A DNA stretch of 32,000 nucleotides from Candidatus Saccharimonadota bacterium (lineage in GTDB: Bacteria; Pseudomonadota; Gammaproteobacteria; Johnevansiales; Johnevansiaceae): the NCBI RefSeq assembly GCF_902713755.1, contig NZ_LR744089.1; one strand, 5' to 3'. Shown piece after piece: positions 1 to 10,960 of the stretch. The notes beneath the pieces are model-generated. The model did no database searches. It had not been told where the DNA came from and saw only the letters and a program-made list of their open reading frames with translations. The stretch's first letter is position 1. Each line of letters starts with the position of its first letter. The position numbers and the translations under genes are program-made.

Positions 1-1107
<1,107 letters not shown>

Positions 1108-1115
1108 ACAGATTT

Positions 1116-1189
1116 AGGCCTATAGCTCAATAGGTTAGAGCAGAGGACTCATAATCCTTTGGTTGTAGGTTCGAGTCCTACTAGGCCTA
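1116..1189 (+). tRNA. tRNA with anticodon CAT, most likely tRNA-Ile2 (lysidine-modified) rather than elongator Met
   Basis: Hand-folded cloverleaf: acceptor aggccta/taggcct, D arm gctc-aataggtta-gagc, anticodon arm gagga-ctCATaa-tcctt, T arm gtagg-ttcgagt-cctac. It starts with A and has C4:G69, C5:G68 and a G27:U43 pair like E. coli tRNA-Ile2. No encoded CCA. It begins 8 nt after the gyrB stop. Confidence 0.85.
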
Positions 1190-3095
1190 TAAAATCAGCT
1201 AATTTTATAAAAATATTATTTATATATAATAATATTAAAACATTATTTTTAGATACATTTAGATTTTTTTGAAAAATTTGTATATTTTTTATATACATGT
1301 TTATTTTATTATATAAAGTATTAAATACATAAAAAACATCTTTGTAATTACAATTACCTTTTTCTATTAATTTATTATAATTTTGTATAAAAAAAACTAT
1401 TGAATTAAATAAATTATATTCTAGATTTTTTTTAAAATATCTAATATTAACTTGATGTATGATAACTAAATTATGGTTATATAATTTTTTATATTGTTTT
1501 ATAAAATTAATTATTCTTTTATTTATTTCTATTATTTTAGATATAAAAATATTATTACTTAATAAATAATTCATTATATAACTACGTCTAAATAAATCAT
1601 AAGGACAAAAACTTGTAGTTTGTATAGAACAATATATTTTTTTATTTATATGTAATTTGTATATTAAAAGTATTATTTTTTCTAATATAAATAATAAAAC
1701 GTCATTTATGTTTAACATCTTATTATACTGATAAACAGAATAATTTATTAATAATAATAAATCTAAATTAGATTCATTAAAAATAATAATTTTTAATATT
1801 ATATAAGCTAATCTTCTTGTAAATAAGATATCATTACTATTAATGGGTTTATAACCTATATAAAAAAAACCTAGTAAATCATCTATTTTATTTGATAACG
1901 ATAAAGATATTCCTTCTTTTGTAAAAGGTAAAATATTAATATATTGATTTGGCAAATATTGTTGATAGATTGTTTTATATATTTCCTTTTTTTCTTTATT
2001 TATAAAAGAATAATAAGATCCAATAAATCCTTTAAATAAATTAAACTCTTTAACAAAATATGTAATAAAATCACATTTTGATAAATATCCAGCCCTAATA
2101 GCAATGTTAATATTTCCACCTATATATATAATGTATTTTTTTATATTGTTTATAATTCGACGAGTTTTATCAGCTAAAGTACCTAATTTATATTGAAATA
2201 TTACTAATTCTAAATCTTTAAAACGTTCATATAATTTTCTTTTTAAATCATATAGTACCAAAAATAAAATATCATTAAAAAAATTATTAATATTCATTTC
2301 ATTTAATAATATTAATTTTTGTTTATTTAAAGTATTTACATTAACAATAACAATATATTTATTTGTTATAATTTTTTTTTGATTAAATAAATGAAAACTT
2401 TTTTGTTTATATTTAATAATAAATATTATTATTTCCTTAGGTATTTTTTTAAATATTTTATTAAATTTTATAACAATCGCTATTGGCCATTCTACTAAAT
2501 TAGTAATATTTATTAATATATTTTCATCTATATTTACTAATAAATTATGTTTATTAGTAATATATAAAATCATATTACGAATAATTTCAATTCTATAATT
2601 AAAATTAACAATTACATATCCAGGATATTTTAATTTAAATAAATATTCATTACTATTATTTATTTTTATATATTTATTATAATGTATAATATGACCATAA
2701 GATTTTCTATTTGAAATTACATTAAATAACTTGATTTTTATTATTTTATTATTAAATAATAAGATAAACCAATTTATAGGACGTATAAATTTATACGTAT
2801 TTTTCCCCCATCTCATTTTTTTTAATCCTGAAATCTTTGTTAAAAATATTTTAATAGCAATTTGAAGTATATTTTTTATATACTTAATTATATTATAAAT
2901 ATATAATTCGTTTTTATATTTTATATTGTTAATTTGTATAGCGACACGTCTAGCTGTTGTAAAAATATTAATTGTTTTAAAATAAAAATTTTCTTTATTA
3001 AAGTTTTGTGTTAAAATTTTTATAAAATTATTGATAATAATTTCATTAGATTTTATAGGTAAATTTTCAAAACCAATTTCAATAAATAATATCAT
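1149..3095 (-). CDS. glyS: Glycine--tRNA ligase beta subunit (very divergent, N/I/K-rich)
   Basis: 648-aa ORF. The N-terminus MILFIEIGFENLP matches the GlyS start motif (LVEIGTEELP). It lies immediately downstream of glyQ with an ATGA start/stop overlap. The length is near the roughly 690 aa of GlyS. The last 41 nt run antisense through the tRNA at 1116-1189. Confidence 0.9.
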   Translation of the reverse strand: MILFIEIGFENLPIKSNEIIINNFIKILTQNFNKENFYFKTINIFTTARRVAIQINNIKYKNELYIYNIIKYIKNILQIAIKIFLTKISGLKKMRWGKNTYKFIRPINWFILLFNNKIIKIKLFNVISNRKSYGHIIHYNKYIKINNSNEYLFKLKYPGYVIVNFNYRIEIIRNMILYITNKHNLLVNIDENILINITNLVEWPIAIVIKFNKIFKKIPKEIIIFIIKYKQKSFHLFNQKKIITNKYIVIVNVNTLNKQKLILLNEMNINNFFNDILFLVLYDLKRKLYERFKDLELVIFQYKLGTLADKTRRIINNIKKYIIYIGGNINIAIRAGYLSKCDFITYFVKEFNLFKGFIGSYYSFINKEKKEIYKTIYQQYLPNQYINILPFTKEGISLSLSNKIDDLLGFFYIGYKPINSNDILFTRRLAYIILKIIIFNESNLDLLLLINYSVYQYNKMLNINDVLLFILEKIILLIYKLHINKKIYCSIQTTSFCPYDLFRRSYIMNYLLSNNIFISKIIEINKRIINFIKQYKKLYNHNLVIIHQVNIRYFKKNLEYNLFNSIVFFIQNYNKLIEKGNCNYKDVFYVFNTLYNKINMYIKNIQIFQKNLNVSKNNVLILLYINNIFIKLADFIGLVGLEPTTKGL

Positions 3096-3961
3096 TTTTC
3101 TTCATAATTTTTTATATAGTTTTTTGCAATTTCACAAGCCATAGATCTTACGCGATATATATATATTTTTTTTTCTAAAAAATCTAAAAATTTACAAGAA
3201 TCTAATAAATTTAAAATATGTGATGATTTTAATAATTTTTCATAAGCAGGTATTATTAAATTATTTTGTAATAAATGAAAACACGAAGTTTCATATTTCA
3301 AAAAAATTTTTAATAAATTTTTTTTATCTAAATAATTAAAATTATAAGTTGATTGTTCTTTTTCATTTTGTAAAAAAATATCACCATAAGTAATATCATT
3401 ATTCCATTTAATATCATATATATTATCAATATTTTGTAAATGCATCGCTATTCTTTCGATTCCATAAGTAATTTCTCCTGTTATAGGATAACAATCTATA
3501 CCTCCTATTTGTTGAAAATATGTAATTTGTGTAATTTCTATATTATTTAACCATACTTCCCAACCTAAACCCCATGCACCTAAACTAGGAGATTCCCAGT
3601 TATCTTCTATAAATTTAATATCATTTATTTTTAAATTTATACCTAAATATTGTAATGAATCTAAATAAATTTGTTGAAAATTTTTTGGTGAAGGTTTAAA
3701 AATTACTTGAAATTGATAATAATGTTGTAATCTATTGGTTTTATTTCCATATCTACCATCTTTAGGCCTTCTACAAGATTGTATATAACATGTTTTAACA
3801 ATTTCTTTTTTTTTATTTATAGAATTAAAAAAAGTAAAAGGATGAAATGTAGCAGCGCCTATTTCTATATCTAAAGGTTGTAAAATTATACAACCAAATT
3901 TTGACCAAAATTTTTTTAAAATTAATATTAATTTTTCAATAGTATTAATATTTATTTTCAT
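3092..3961 (-). CDS. glyQ: Glycine--tRNA ligase alpha subunit
   Basis: 289-aa ORF with strongly conserved GlyQ sequence (FWSKFGCIILQPLDIEIGAATFHP, RRPKDGRYG, WESPSLGAWGLGWEVW, ITYGIERIAM). Confidence 0.97.
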   Translation of the reverse strand: MKININTIEKLILILKKFWSKFGCIILQPLDIEIGAATFHPFTFFNSINKKKEIVKTCYIQSCRRPKDGRYGNKTNRLQHYYQFQVIFKPSPKNFQQIYLDSLQYLGINLKINDIKFIEDNWESPSLGAWGLGWEVWLNNIEITQITYFQQIGGIDCYPITGEITYGIERIAMHLQNIDNIYDIKWNNDITYGDIFLQNEKEQSTYNFNYLDKKNLLKIFLKYETSCFHLLQNNLIIPAYEKLLKSSHILNLLDSCKFLDFLEKKIYIYRVRSMACEIAKNYIKNYEEK

Positions 3962-4053
3962 TATAATTGTTTGTTATAGATGTTTTATATACTATTATAA
4001 TTGAATCATTTTTTTATAATAAAATCAATATTTAAGCGGTAAAATCTATTAAT

Positions 4054-5586
4054 ATGAAAAAATATATATTAGAAAATTATGTAAAAAAAATACTTAAATC
4101 AACAGTATATGAAATTGCTAAAGTAACACCTTTATCATTTACACCTTTACTTTCTAAATTTTTAAAAAATAATATTTTTATAAAACGTGAAGATTTACAA
4201 CAAATATTTTCTTTTAAAATTAGAGGTGCTTATAATTGCATGAGAAATTTAGTAAAAAACAAAAAAATTCAATGTGTAATTACAGCTTCGGCTGGTAACC
4301 ACGCACAAGGAGTTGCTTTAGCTGCTAAAAAATTAGGTATAAAATCAATTATTATTATGCCTAAAATTACACCTGAAATTAAAGTTTTATCTGTACAATC
4401 TATAGGTTCTGAAGTTGTAATAAAAGGTGATAATTTTAATTCATCTTTAAAATATGCATTAAATTTAGTTAAGAATTATGGTTATACTTATATACCTCCT
4501 TTTGATGATTCAGAAGTAATTGCAGGTCAAGGGACTTTAGCTATGGAAATTTTAAAACAATATAAAAATAAAATATATGCAATATTTGTTCCGGTTGGCG
4601 GTGGAGGTTTAATTGCAGGTATTACAGCATATATTAAATATTTACGTCCTAAAATAAAAATAATTGGTGTAGAACCAGAAGATTCTGCTTGTTTAAAAGA
4701 AGCAATCAAATATGGTTATCCAATTACATTAAATACTATAGATATGTTTGCTGAAGGAGTAGCAGTATCACGTATTGGAAACAAACCTTTTACATTACTA
4801 AAAAATATTATAGATGATATTATAACTGTTAATATAGATGAAATGTGTTGTGCTATAAAAGATATATTTGAAAATACAAGAGCTTTATCAGAAGTATCAG
4901 GAGCTTTATCTTTAGCTGGTTTAAAAAAATATATAATCAAACAAAACATTACAAATAAAAATTTAATTTGTATAAATACTGGAGCTAATATTAATTTTGA
5001 CAAATTACAATATATAGCACATAGAACTGCTTTAGGAGAAAACAAAGAATTAATATTAGCTATTAAAATACCTGAATCGATAGGAAGTTTAAAAGTTTTA
5101 TGTAATATAATTGGTAAAAATAAAATGTTTACTGAAGTAAATTATCGTTTTTTTAATAAAAAAAAAGCAAATATATTAATAGGTTTAAAAATAATTCCAG
5201 GAAAAGAAGATAAAAAAAATGTAATTAATAATATACGTAATGCTAATTTTTTAGTTAAAGATATGAGTTCTAATGAATTAATAAAATTACATATTCGTCA
5301 TTTAATTGGAGGAAAATCAAATAAAAAGAATTATAAAGAAGAATTATATTGTTTTGAATTTCCAGAAAAAACAGGAGCATTAATAAAATTTTTAAATAGT
5401 TTACCTGAAATTTTTAATATTTCTTTATTTCATTATATAAATTATGGTTATGCATATGGTCGTGTATTAATAGCAATACAATTATATAAAAATAACATCC
5501 AACAAGTAGAAAAGAATTTAGATAAATTAGGTTATAGATATTGGAAAGAAAGTAATAATATTGCTTATAAATTGTTTGTAAAATAA
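4054..5586 (+). CDS. ilvA: Biosynthetic threonine dehydratase (threonine ammonia-lyase) with C-terminal regulatory domains
   Basis: 510 aa. PLP-lysine motif FSFKIRGAYN, plus SAGNHAQGVALAA and the glycine loop VPVGGGGLIAG. The roughly 180-aa C-terminal extension is typical of IlvA (about 514 aa in E. coli). Confidence 0.95.
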   Translation: MKKYILENYVKKILKSTVYEIAKVTPLSFTPLLSKFLKNNIFIKREDLQQIFSFKIRGAYNCMRNLVKNKKIQCVITASAGNHAQGVALAAKKLGIKSIIIMPKITPEIKVLSVQSIGSEVVIKGDNFNSSLKYALNLVKNYGYTYIPPFDDSEVIAGQGTLAMEILKQYKNKIYAIFVPVGGGGLIAGITAYIKYLRPKIKIIGVEPEDSACLKEAIKYGYPITLNTIDMFAEGVAVSRIGNKPFTLLKNIIDDIITVNIDEMCCAIKDIFENTRALSEVSGALSLAGLKKYIIKQNITNKNLICINTGANINFDKLQYIAHRTALGENKELILAIKIPESIGSLKVLCNIIGKNKMFTEVNYRFFNKKKANILIGLKIIPGKEDKKNVINNIRNANFLVKDMSSNELIKLHIRHLIGGKSNKKNYKEELYCFEFPEKTGALIKFLNSLPEIFNISLFHYINYGYAYGRVLIAIQLYKNNIQQVEKNLDKLGYRYWKESNNIAYKLFVK

Positions 5587-5599
5587 AAATGGAGAAAAT

Positions 5600-6379
5600 T
5601 TGAAAAATTTTTGTATTGAAAAAATTTTAAATGTTTTTCATTGGAATCATAAATTATTTAGTTTTTATACAACCAAAAATAAAAAGTTACGTTGTAATAA
5701 TGGTCAATTTTTAATTATTGGTTTAAATATTAATAAATACTATAAGTTAATAATAAGAGCTTATTCAATAGTCACTCCTAATTATTCCAATCATATTGAA
5801 TTTTTTTCAATAACAATAGAAAAAGGCAAGTTTACATCATTATTAAAAAATATAAAAATTGGTGATTATATATTAATAAGTAAAAAATCTACTGGAACAT
5901 TAACACTTGATAATCTTAAAATTGGTAAAAGTTTATATCTTATAGCTACAGGAACAGGTTTAGCGCCATTTATAAGTTTAATCCAAGATCCAATTTTATA
6001 TAAACGTTTTAACAAAATTATTTTAATACATGGAGTAAGTTATATAAATGAATTATCATATAAACATTTTATTAATAAAAAAATTATTTATAATGAATAT
6101 ATTAATAATAAAATAAAAAACAAGTTAATTTATTATCCAACAATTACTCGTGAAAATTATATAACTAAAGGTAGAATAACTGAACTTATTATTCAAGGAA
6201 AATTATTTAAAGATTTAAATTTACCTTATATTAATTTTAATTATGATAAGTTAATGTTATGCGGTAATAAAAATATGTTAAAAGAAATCTCAGAATATTT
6301 AACAAAATTAGGATTTAAAAATTCCATAATAAATAATCAAAATGATTTTGTTATTGAATATTCTTTTATAAATAAATAA
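5600..6379 (+). CDS. fpr: Ferredoxin/flavodoxin--NADP+ reductase
   Basis: 259 aa, collinear with E. coli Fpr: RAYSIV (FAD-binding RxYS), LIATGTGLAPFISL (NADP-binding), LMLCGNKNML. TTG start at 5600 preceded by ggag at 5591-5594. Confidence 0.88.
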   Translation: MKNFCIEKILNVFHWNHKLFSFYTTKNKKLRCNNGQFLIIGLNINKYYKLIIRAYSIVTPNYSNHIEFFSITIEKGKFTSLLKNIKIGDYILISKKSTGTLTLDNLKIGKSLYLIATGTGLAPFISLIQDPILYKRFNKIILIHGVSYINELSYKHFINKKIIYNEYINNKIKNKLIYYPTITRENYITKGRITELIIQGKLFKDLNLPYINFNYDKLMLCGNKNMLKEISEYLTKLGFKNSIINNQNDFVIEYSFINK

Positions 6380-6455
6380 AAGTTTTATGCAGATGCTTTT
6401 GTAAATTATTCAAAATAATATTAATCAATCAATAAGAAACAAAAAAAACACAAAA

Positions 6456-6797
6456 ATGAATAATTTATTTCTTTTTTTTATAATTACAATAATATTTATA
6501 TTAATAATAAGTATTATATCATATTTTTTAGGTGTTTATAGTTGGTCACCAAATAAAGAAATTCCTTTTGAATCAGGTATAATTTCTATTGATTCAATAA
6601 AAAAAATTAATTATTTTGCAAAATTTTATATTTTAGCAATATTATTTGTAATTTTTGATTTAGAAGTTATTTATTTATTTAGTTGGGCAATTGCAATTAG
6701 AGAAATAGGATGGCCAGGGTTCATAGGAATAGTAATATTTATATTTATATTATTAATCGGATTAATATATGATATATGTAATGATGTATTTGATTAA
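6456..6797 (+). CDS. nuoA: NADH-quinone oxidoreductase subunit A
   Basis: 113-aa protein with three TM segments and the PFESGI motif. It is the first gene of a collinear nuo operon. Confidence 0.9.
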   Translation: MNNLFLFFIITIIFILIISIISYFLGVYSWSPNKEIPFESGIISIDSIKKINYFAKFYILAILFVIFDLEVIYLFSWAIAIREIGWPGFIGIVIFIFILLIGLIYDICNDVFD

Positions 6798-6811
6798 AAT
6801 TGGAGACCAAT

Positions 6812-7420
6812 ATGAAATTATATTTAAAAGACAAAGTTGTTGAACAAATACGAAATAATATTTTTTTATGTAATATAAAAAATATTTCTAAGTTCTTAAT
6901 TAATTGGGGACGTAAAAATTCTATATGGCCTTATAATTTTGGACTATCATGTTGTTATGTAGAAATGACCACTTCATTTACATCACCTCATGATATATCT
7001 AGATTTGGATCAGAAGTTATTAGGTCATCTCCTAGACAATCGGATTTAATGGTCATTGCTGGAACTTGTTTTATCAAGATGGTACCAGTAATACAACATT
7101 TATATGATCAAATGTTAGATCCAAAATGGGTTATATCAATGGGGTCTTGTGCCAATTCAGGTGGAATGTATGATAGTTATTCAGTTGTACAAGGAGTTGA
7201 TAAATTTTTACCTGTAGATGTTTATATACCAGGATGTCCACCTAGACCTGAAGCTTTTTTACAAGGATTACAATTATTACAAAATTCAATGCATAAAGAA
7301 AAACGTCCTTTATCTTGGATAATCGGTGATCAAAATATTTATCGGTATGATATGCCTAATCAAAAACAAAAAAAATATATTAATCGTATTAAAATAAAAA
7401 AATTACAAAATAATGTTTAA
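6812..7420 (+). CDS. nuoB: NADH-quinone oxidoreductase subunit B
   Basis: Motifs [19 protein letters not shown] and GCPPRPE (N2 Fe-S ligands). The ORF is open from TTG 6800, but ATG 6812 sits 6 nt after tggag (6801-6805), so I prefer 6812. Confidence 0.93.
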   Translation: MKLYLKDKVVEQIRNNIFLCNIKNISKFLINWGRKNSIWPYNFGLSCCYVEMTTSFTSPHDISRFGSEVIRSSPRQSDLMVIAGTCFIKMVPVIQHLYDQMLDPKWVISMGSCANSGGMYDSYSVVQGVDKFLPVDVYIPGCPPRPEAFLQGLQLLQNSMHKEKRPLSWIIGDQNIYRYDMPNQKQKKYINRIKIKKLQNNV

Positions 7421-9161
7421 CAAAAAACAAGAACAATTTGTTTTAAAATTATTATATAAAAAATTTGGTAAAAAAAATATTTTATATTCACAAAAGACTT
7501 TTATGGGTATGCCTGTAATATGGGTAAATCCTTATAAATTATTTGATATAATAAAATTTTTACGGTATGGTAAGAAAGAATTTGATATGTTATATGATTT
7601 ACATTGCATAGATGAACGTTTAAGAAATAACAGAAACAATTTACCAAATGCAGATTTTACAGTATTTTACCATTTATTATCATTTAAAAATAATTATGAT
7701 TTAATAATAAAAGTAGCTTTAATAGAACCAAATTTATTATTACCATCAATTGTTAATATTTGGCCAAATGCTAATTGGTATGAACGTGAAGTATATGATA
7801 TGTTTGGAATAAAATTTTATGGGCATCCTAATTTAAGAAGAATATTAATGCCTTTAAATTGGAAAGGATATCCATTACGGAAAGATTATCCATCACGGGC
7901 TACTGAAGTTAAAATTTTTAATATTGATAGATATAATCAATATAAAGAACAATATTCATTATGTTTTATTCCTGAAGAATGGGGTATTTCAAATAATAAA
8001 AATAATATGTTTTTAAATTTTGGTCCTAATCATCCTTCAGCTCACGGTGCTTTTAGAATAATATTACAAATTTATGGAGAAAAAATATTAAAATGTATAC
8101 CCGATATTGGTTATCATCATCGTGGAGCAGAAAAAATGGGAGAAAGACAATCATGGCATAGTTATATACCTTATACTGATCGTATTGATTATACTGGTGG
8201 TGTAATAAATAATATCCCTTATATATTAGCAATTGAAAAAATCGCAAACATCAAAGTTACTGAACGAACCAAAATCATACGTATTATGATGATGGAAATT
8301 TTTAGAATAAATTCTCATATGTTATTTTTAGGTACTTTTTTACAAGATTTAGGCGCTATGAGTACAGTTTTTTTTACTTTTACAGATAGGCAAAAATGTT
8401 ATGAAATAATAGAATCAATTACCGGTTTTCGTATGCATCCTGCTTGGTTTCGTATAGGAGGTTTAGCACACGATTTGCCAAAAGGATGGTATAAATTAAT
8501 CAATAATTTTATTAAATGGATAAATCAAAGGCTTAAAGAATATAATAAAGCAATGATGAATAATTACATATTACGAAAACGTACTAAATTTATTGCTTCT
8601 TATAATACTCAAGAAGCATTTGATTGGGGAATTACTGGACCAAATTTAAGAGCTACTGGTTTTAATTTTGATGTAAGAAAAAATAGACCTTATTCAGGTT
8701 ATGAAAATTTAGATTTTGATATACCAATTGGTAATAATGGAGATGTATTTGATAGAGCAAATATTAGAATTGAAGAAATGTATCAAAGTTTACGTATTAT
8801 TAAACAATGTATAAATAATATCCCAGAAGGTAATATCAAAATTGAACATCCTTTAGTTACACCTCCTAATAGAAAAAATATGTTAAATAATATAGAAACA
8901 TTAATTACACATTTTTTACAAATTTCTTGGGGACCGATATTAGAACCAAATGAAACTTTTCAAATGATAGAAGCTACTAAGGGACTTAATAGTTATTATT
9001 TAATATCTGATGGTAACACAACAAGTTATCGTACTCGTATTCGTACTCCTAGTTATCCTAACTTACAACATCTATCTACAATAATGCAAGGAGAATATAT
9101 ACCAGACATGATAGCACATATTGCAAGTATTGATTTTGTAATGGCCGATGTGGATAGGTAA
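7413..9161 (+). CDS. nuoCD: NADH-quinone oxidoreductase fused subunit C/D
   Basis: 582 aa. The NuoC part contains [13 protein letters not shown]. The NuoD part contains [12 protein letters not shown] and the C-terminus FVMADVDR. A single ORF matches the fused gene of Enterobacterales and Pseudomonas. It overlaps nuoB by 8 nt. Confidence 0.96.
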   Translation: MFNKKQEQFVLKLLYKKFGKKNILYSQKTFMGMPVIWVNPYKLFDIIKFLRYGKKEFDMLYDLHCIDERLRNNRNNLPNADFTVFYHLLSFKNNYDLIIKVALIEPNLLLPSIVNIWPNANWYEREVYDMFGIKFYGHPNLRRILMPLNWKGYPLRKDYPSRATEVKIFNIDRYNQYKEQYSLCFIPEEWGISNNKNNMFLNFGPNHPSAHGAFRIILQIYGEKILKCIPDIGYHHRGAEKMGERQSWHSYIPYTDRIDYTGGVINNIPYILAIEKIANIKVTERTKIIRIMMMEIFRINSHMLFLGTFLQDLGAMSTVFFTFTDRQKCYEIIESITGFRMHPAWFRIGGLAHDLPKGWYKLINNFIKWINQRLKEYNKAMMNNYILRKRTKFIASYNTQEAFDWGITGPNLRATGFNFDVRKNRPYSGYENLDFDIPIGNNGDVFDRANIRIEEMYQSLRIIKQCINNIPEGNIKIEHPLVTPPNRKNMLNNIETLITHFLQISWGPILEPNETFQMIEATKGLNSYYLISDGNTTSYRTRIRTPSYPNLQHLSTIMQGEYIPDMIAHIASIDFVMADVDR

Positions 9162-9165
9162 AATT

Positions 9166-9660
9166 ATGAATAATTGTTTAATAAAAAAAATAACAGTTTT
9201 AACTAAAGAAGAAAAAACAGAAATTATTATTGAAAAAAATAATTATGAAAATAGTAAAGCAGCTTCAATTGGTGCTTTAAAAATAATACAAAAATATAGA
9301 GGATGGGTATCAGATCATATTATTAATGAAATTGCAAATATAATAGGAATAACTCCAACTGAGTTAGATAGTATAGCCACATTTTATAATTTAATTTACA
9401 GAAAATCTGTAGGAAAAAATATAATTTTATTATGTGATAGTATTACGTGTTATATAAATGGTTATGAAATTATTTATAATAAATTAAAACATGAATTAGG
9501 AATAAGTATGGGAGAAACTACTAATGATAAACGTTTTACATTATTGCCAGTATGTTGCTTAGGTAATTGTGATAAATCACCAAATATGATGATAAATAAT
9601 GATATTTATTATAATTTAATAAAAAAAAATATAACTAATATATTGGAGCTTTATAAATAA
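9166..9660 (+). CDS. nuoE: NADH-quinone oxidoreductase subunit E
   Basis: 2Fe-2S motifs [11 protein letters not shown] and [18 protein letters not shown]. The ORF is open from ATG 9148 (inside the nuoCD end). ATG 9166, after the nuoCD stop and a ggataggt purine patch, is preferred. Confidence 0.93.
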   Translation: MNNCLIKKITVLTKEEKTEIIIEKNNYENSKAASIGALKIIQKYRGWVSDHIINEIANIIGITPTELDSIATFYNLIYRKSVGKNIILLCDSITCYINGYEIIYNKLKHELGISMGETTNDKRFTLLPVCCLGNCDKSPNMMINNDIYYNLIKKNITNILELYK

Positions 9661-10958
9661 TGATCAATAAACGCCTTACTTCTTTTGGTACAGCTAATTT
9701 AATAAAAAAATCAAAAGAAACTCATCCATTAACTTGGAGATTAAATAAAGAAGGTAATACAATTGGGTTAAATGAATATATACAAAAAGATGGATATCTG
9801 GCAGTAAAATATACTTTAAATAAATTAACTCCAGAAGAGGTAATAATAGAAATAAACAATTCTGGTTTAAAAGGTCGAGGAGGTGCTGGATTTATAACTG
9901 GAATAAAATGGAGTTTAACAAATGAACAAAGTTTGTTATTATGCAATGCTGATGAAATGGAACCTAATACTTATAAAGATAGATTATTATTAGAACAAGA
10001 ACCTCATTTATTAATAGAAGGTATGATAATTGCAGCTTACGCAAATAATTCACACAAAGGGTATATCTTTATAAGAGGAGAATATATTGATGCAATAAAT
10101 ATTATTAATATTGCTATAAAAGAAGCTCGGAATAAAAATTTTTTAGGAAAAAATATTTTAAAGTCTGATTTTTCTTTTGATATATGTATACATTCAGGAG
10201 CTGGAAGATATATTTGTGGTGAAGAAACTGCATTAATTAATTCATTAGAAGGATATAGAGCAAATCCTAGAATAAAACCACCTTACCCTGGTCAAATAGG
10301 TGCGTGGGGTAAACCTACAGTAATAAATAATGTTGAAACATTATGTAATATTCCTTCTATTATAAATAATGGTATTAATTGGTATCATAATTTATGTTTA
10401 CATGGATCAGAAGATCATGGTACTAAACTTATGGGTTGTTCAGGTAAAGTAAAAAATCCTGGATTGTGGGAATTACCAATGGGTATACAGGCTATGGAAA
10501 TATTTGAAGATTATGCTGGAGGGATGATTAATGGTTATAAATTAAAAGCTTGGCAACCTGGTGGAGCTAGTACAGGAATTTTATTACCTAAACATTTAAA
10601 AGTACAAATGTGTTCAAACGGAATAATGAAATTAGGTAATAGAATTGGTACTGCTATTTTATTAGCTATTGATAATACTATTAATATAGTATCTTTATTA
10701 AAAAATATAGAAAAATTTTTTTATAGAGAGTCATGTGGTTGGTGCACTCCGTGTAGAGAAGGATTACCATGGATTGTTAAAATATTAAAAAATTTAGAAA
10801 ATAATAAAGGTAAATATAAAGATATTGATATATTAATAGATTTAACAAGACAATTAACTAATGGAAAAACTTTTTGTGCTCTCGCACCTGGAGCCATAGA
10901 ACCTTTAATTAGTGCAATAAAATATTTTCGTAATGATTTTGATAATTTAATGGTTTAA
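9660..10958 (+). CDS. nuoF: NADH-quinone oxidoreductase subunit F
   Basis: 432 aa. Motifs [16 protein letters not shown] (FMN), [19 protein letters not shown] (NADH) and [12 protein letters not shown] (4Fe-4S). TAATG overlap with nuoE. Confidence 0.97.
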   Translation: MINKRLTSFGTANLIKKSKETHPLTWRLNKEGNTIGLNEYIQKDGYLAVKYTLNKLTPEEVIIEINNSGLKGRGGAGFITGIKWSLTNEQSLLLCNADEMEPNTYKDRLLLEQEPHLLIEGMIIAAYANNSHKGYIFIRGEYIDAINIINIAIKEARNKNFLGKNILKSDFSFDICIHSGAGRYICGEETALINSLEGYRANPRIKPPYPGQIGAWGKPTVINNVETLCNIPSIINNGINWYHNLCLHGSEDHGTKLMGCSGKVKNPGLWELPMGIQAMEIFEDYAGGMINGYKLKAWQPGGASTGILLPKHLKVQMCSNGIMKLGNRIGTAILLAIDNTINIVSLLKNIEKFFYRESCGWCTPCREGLPWIVKILKNLENNKGKYKDIDILIDLTRQLTNGKTFCALAPGAIEPLISAIKYFRNDFDNLMV

Positions 10959-10960
10959 TT

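Noticed and set aside
6380-6455. Possible terminator or structured leader between fpr and nuoA (gcagatgc, tcaatcaatcaa)
   Set aside because: Only a 3-bp stem (gca/tgc) can be drawn and there is no GC-rich hairpin followed by a T-run. The (tcaa) reiteration is under 3 units. I cannot support a call.
6800-6811. Longer N-terminal extensions offered by the ORF track for nuoB (TTG 6800), nuoE (ATG 9148) and hisA (TTG 28842)
   Set aside because: Downstream ATGs (6812, 9166, 28815) align with the canonical protein N-termini, follow purine-rich ribosome-binding patches, and avoid overlap with the upstream gene. The longer starts remain possible but are less likely.
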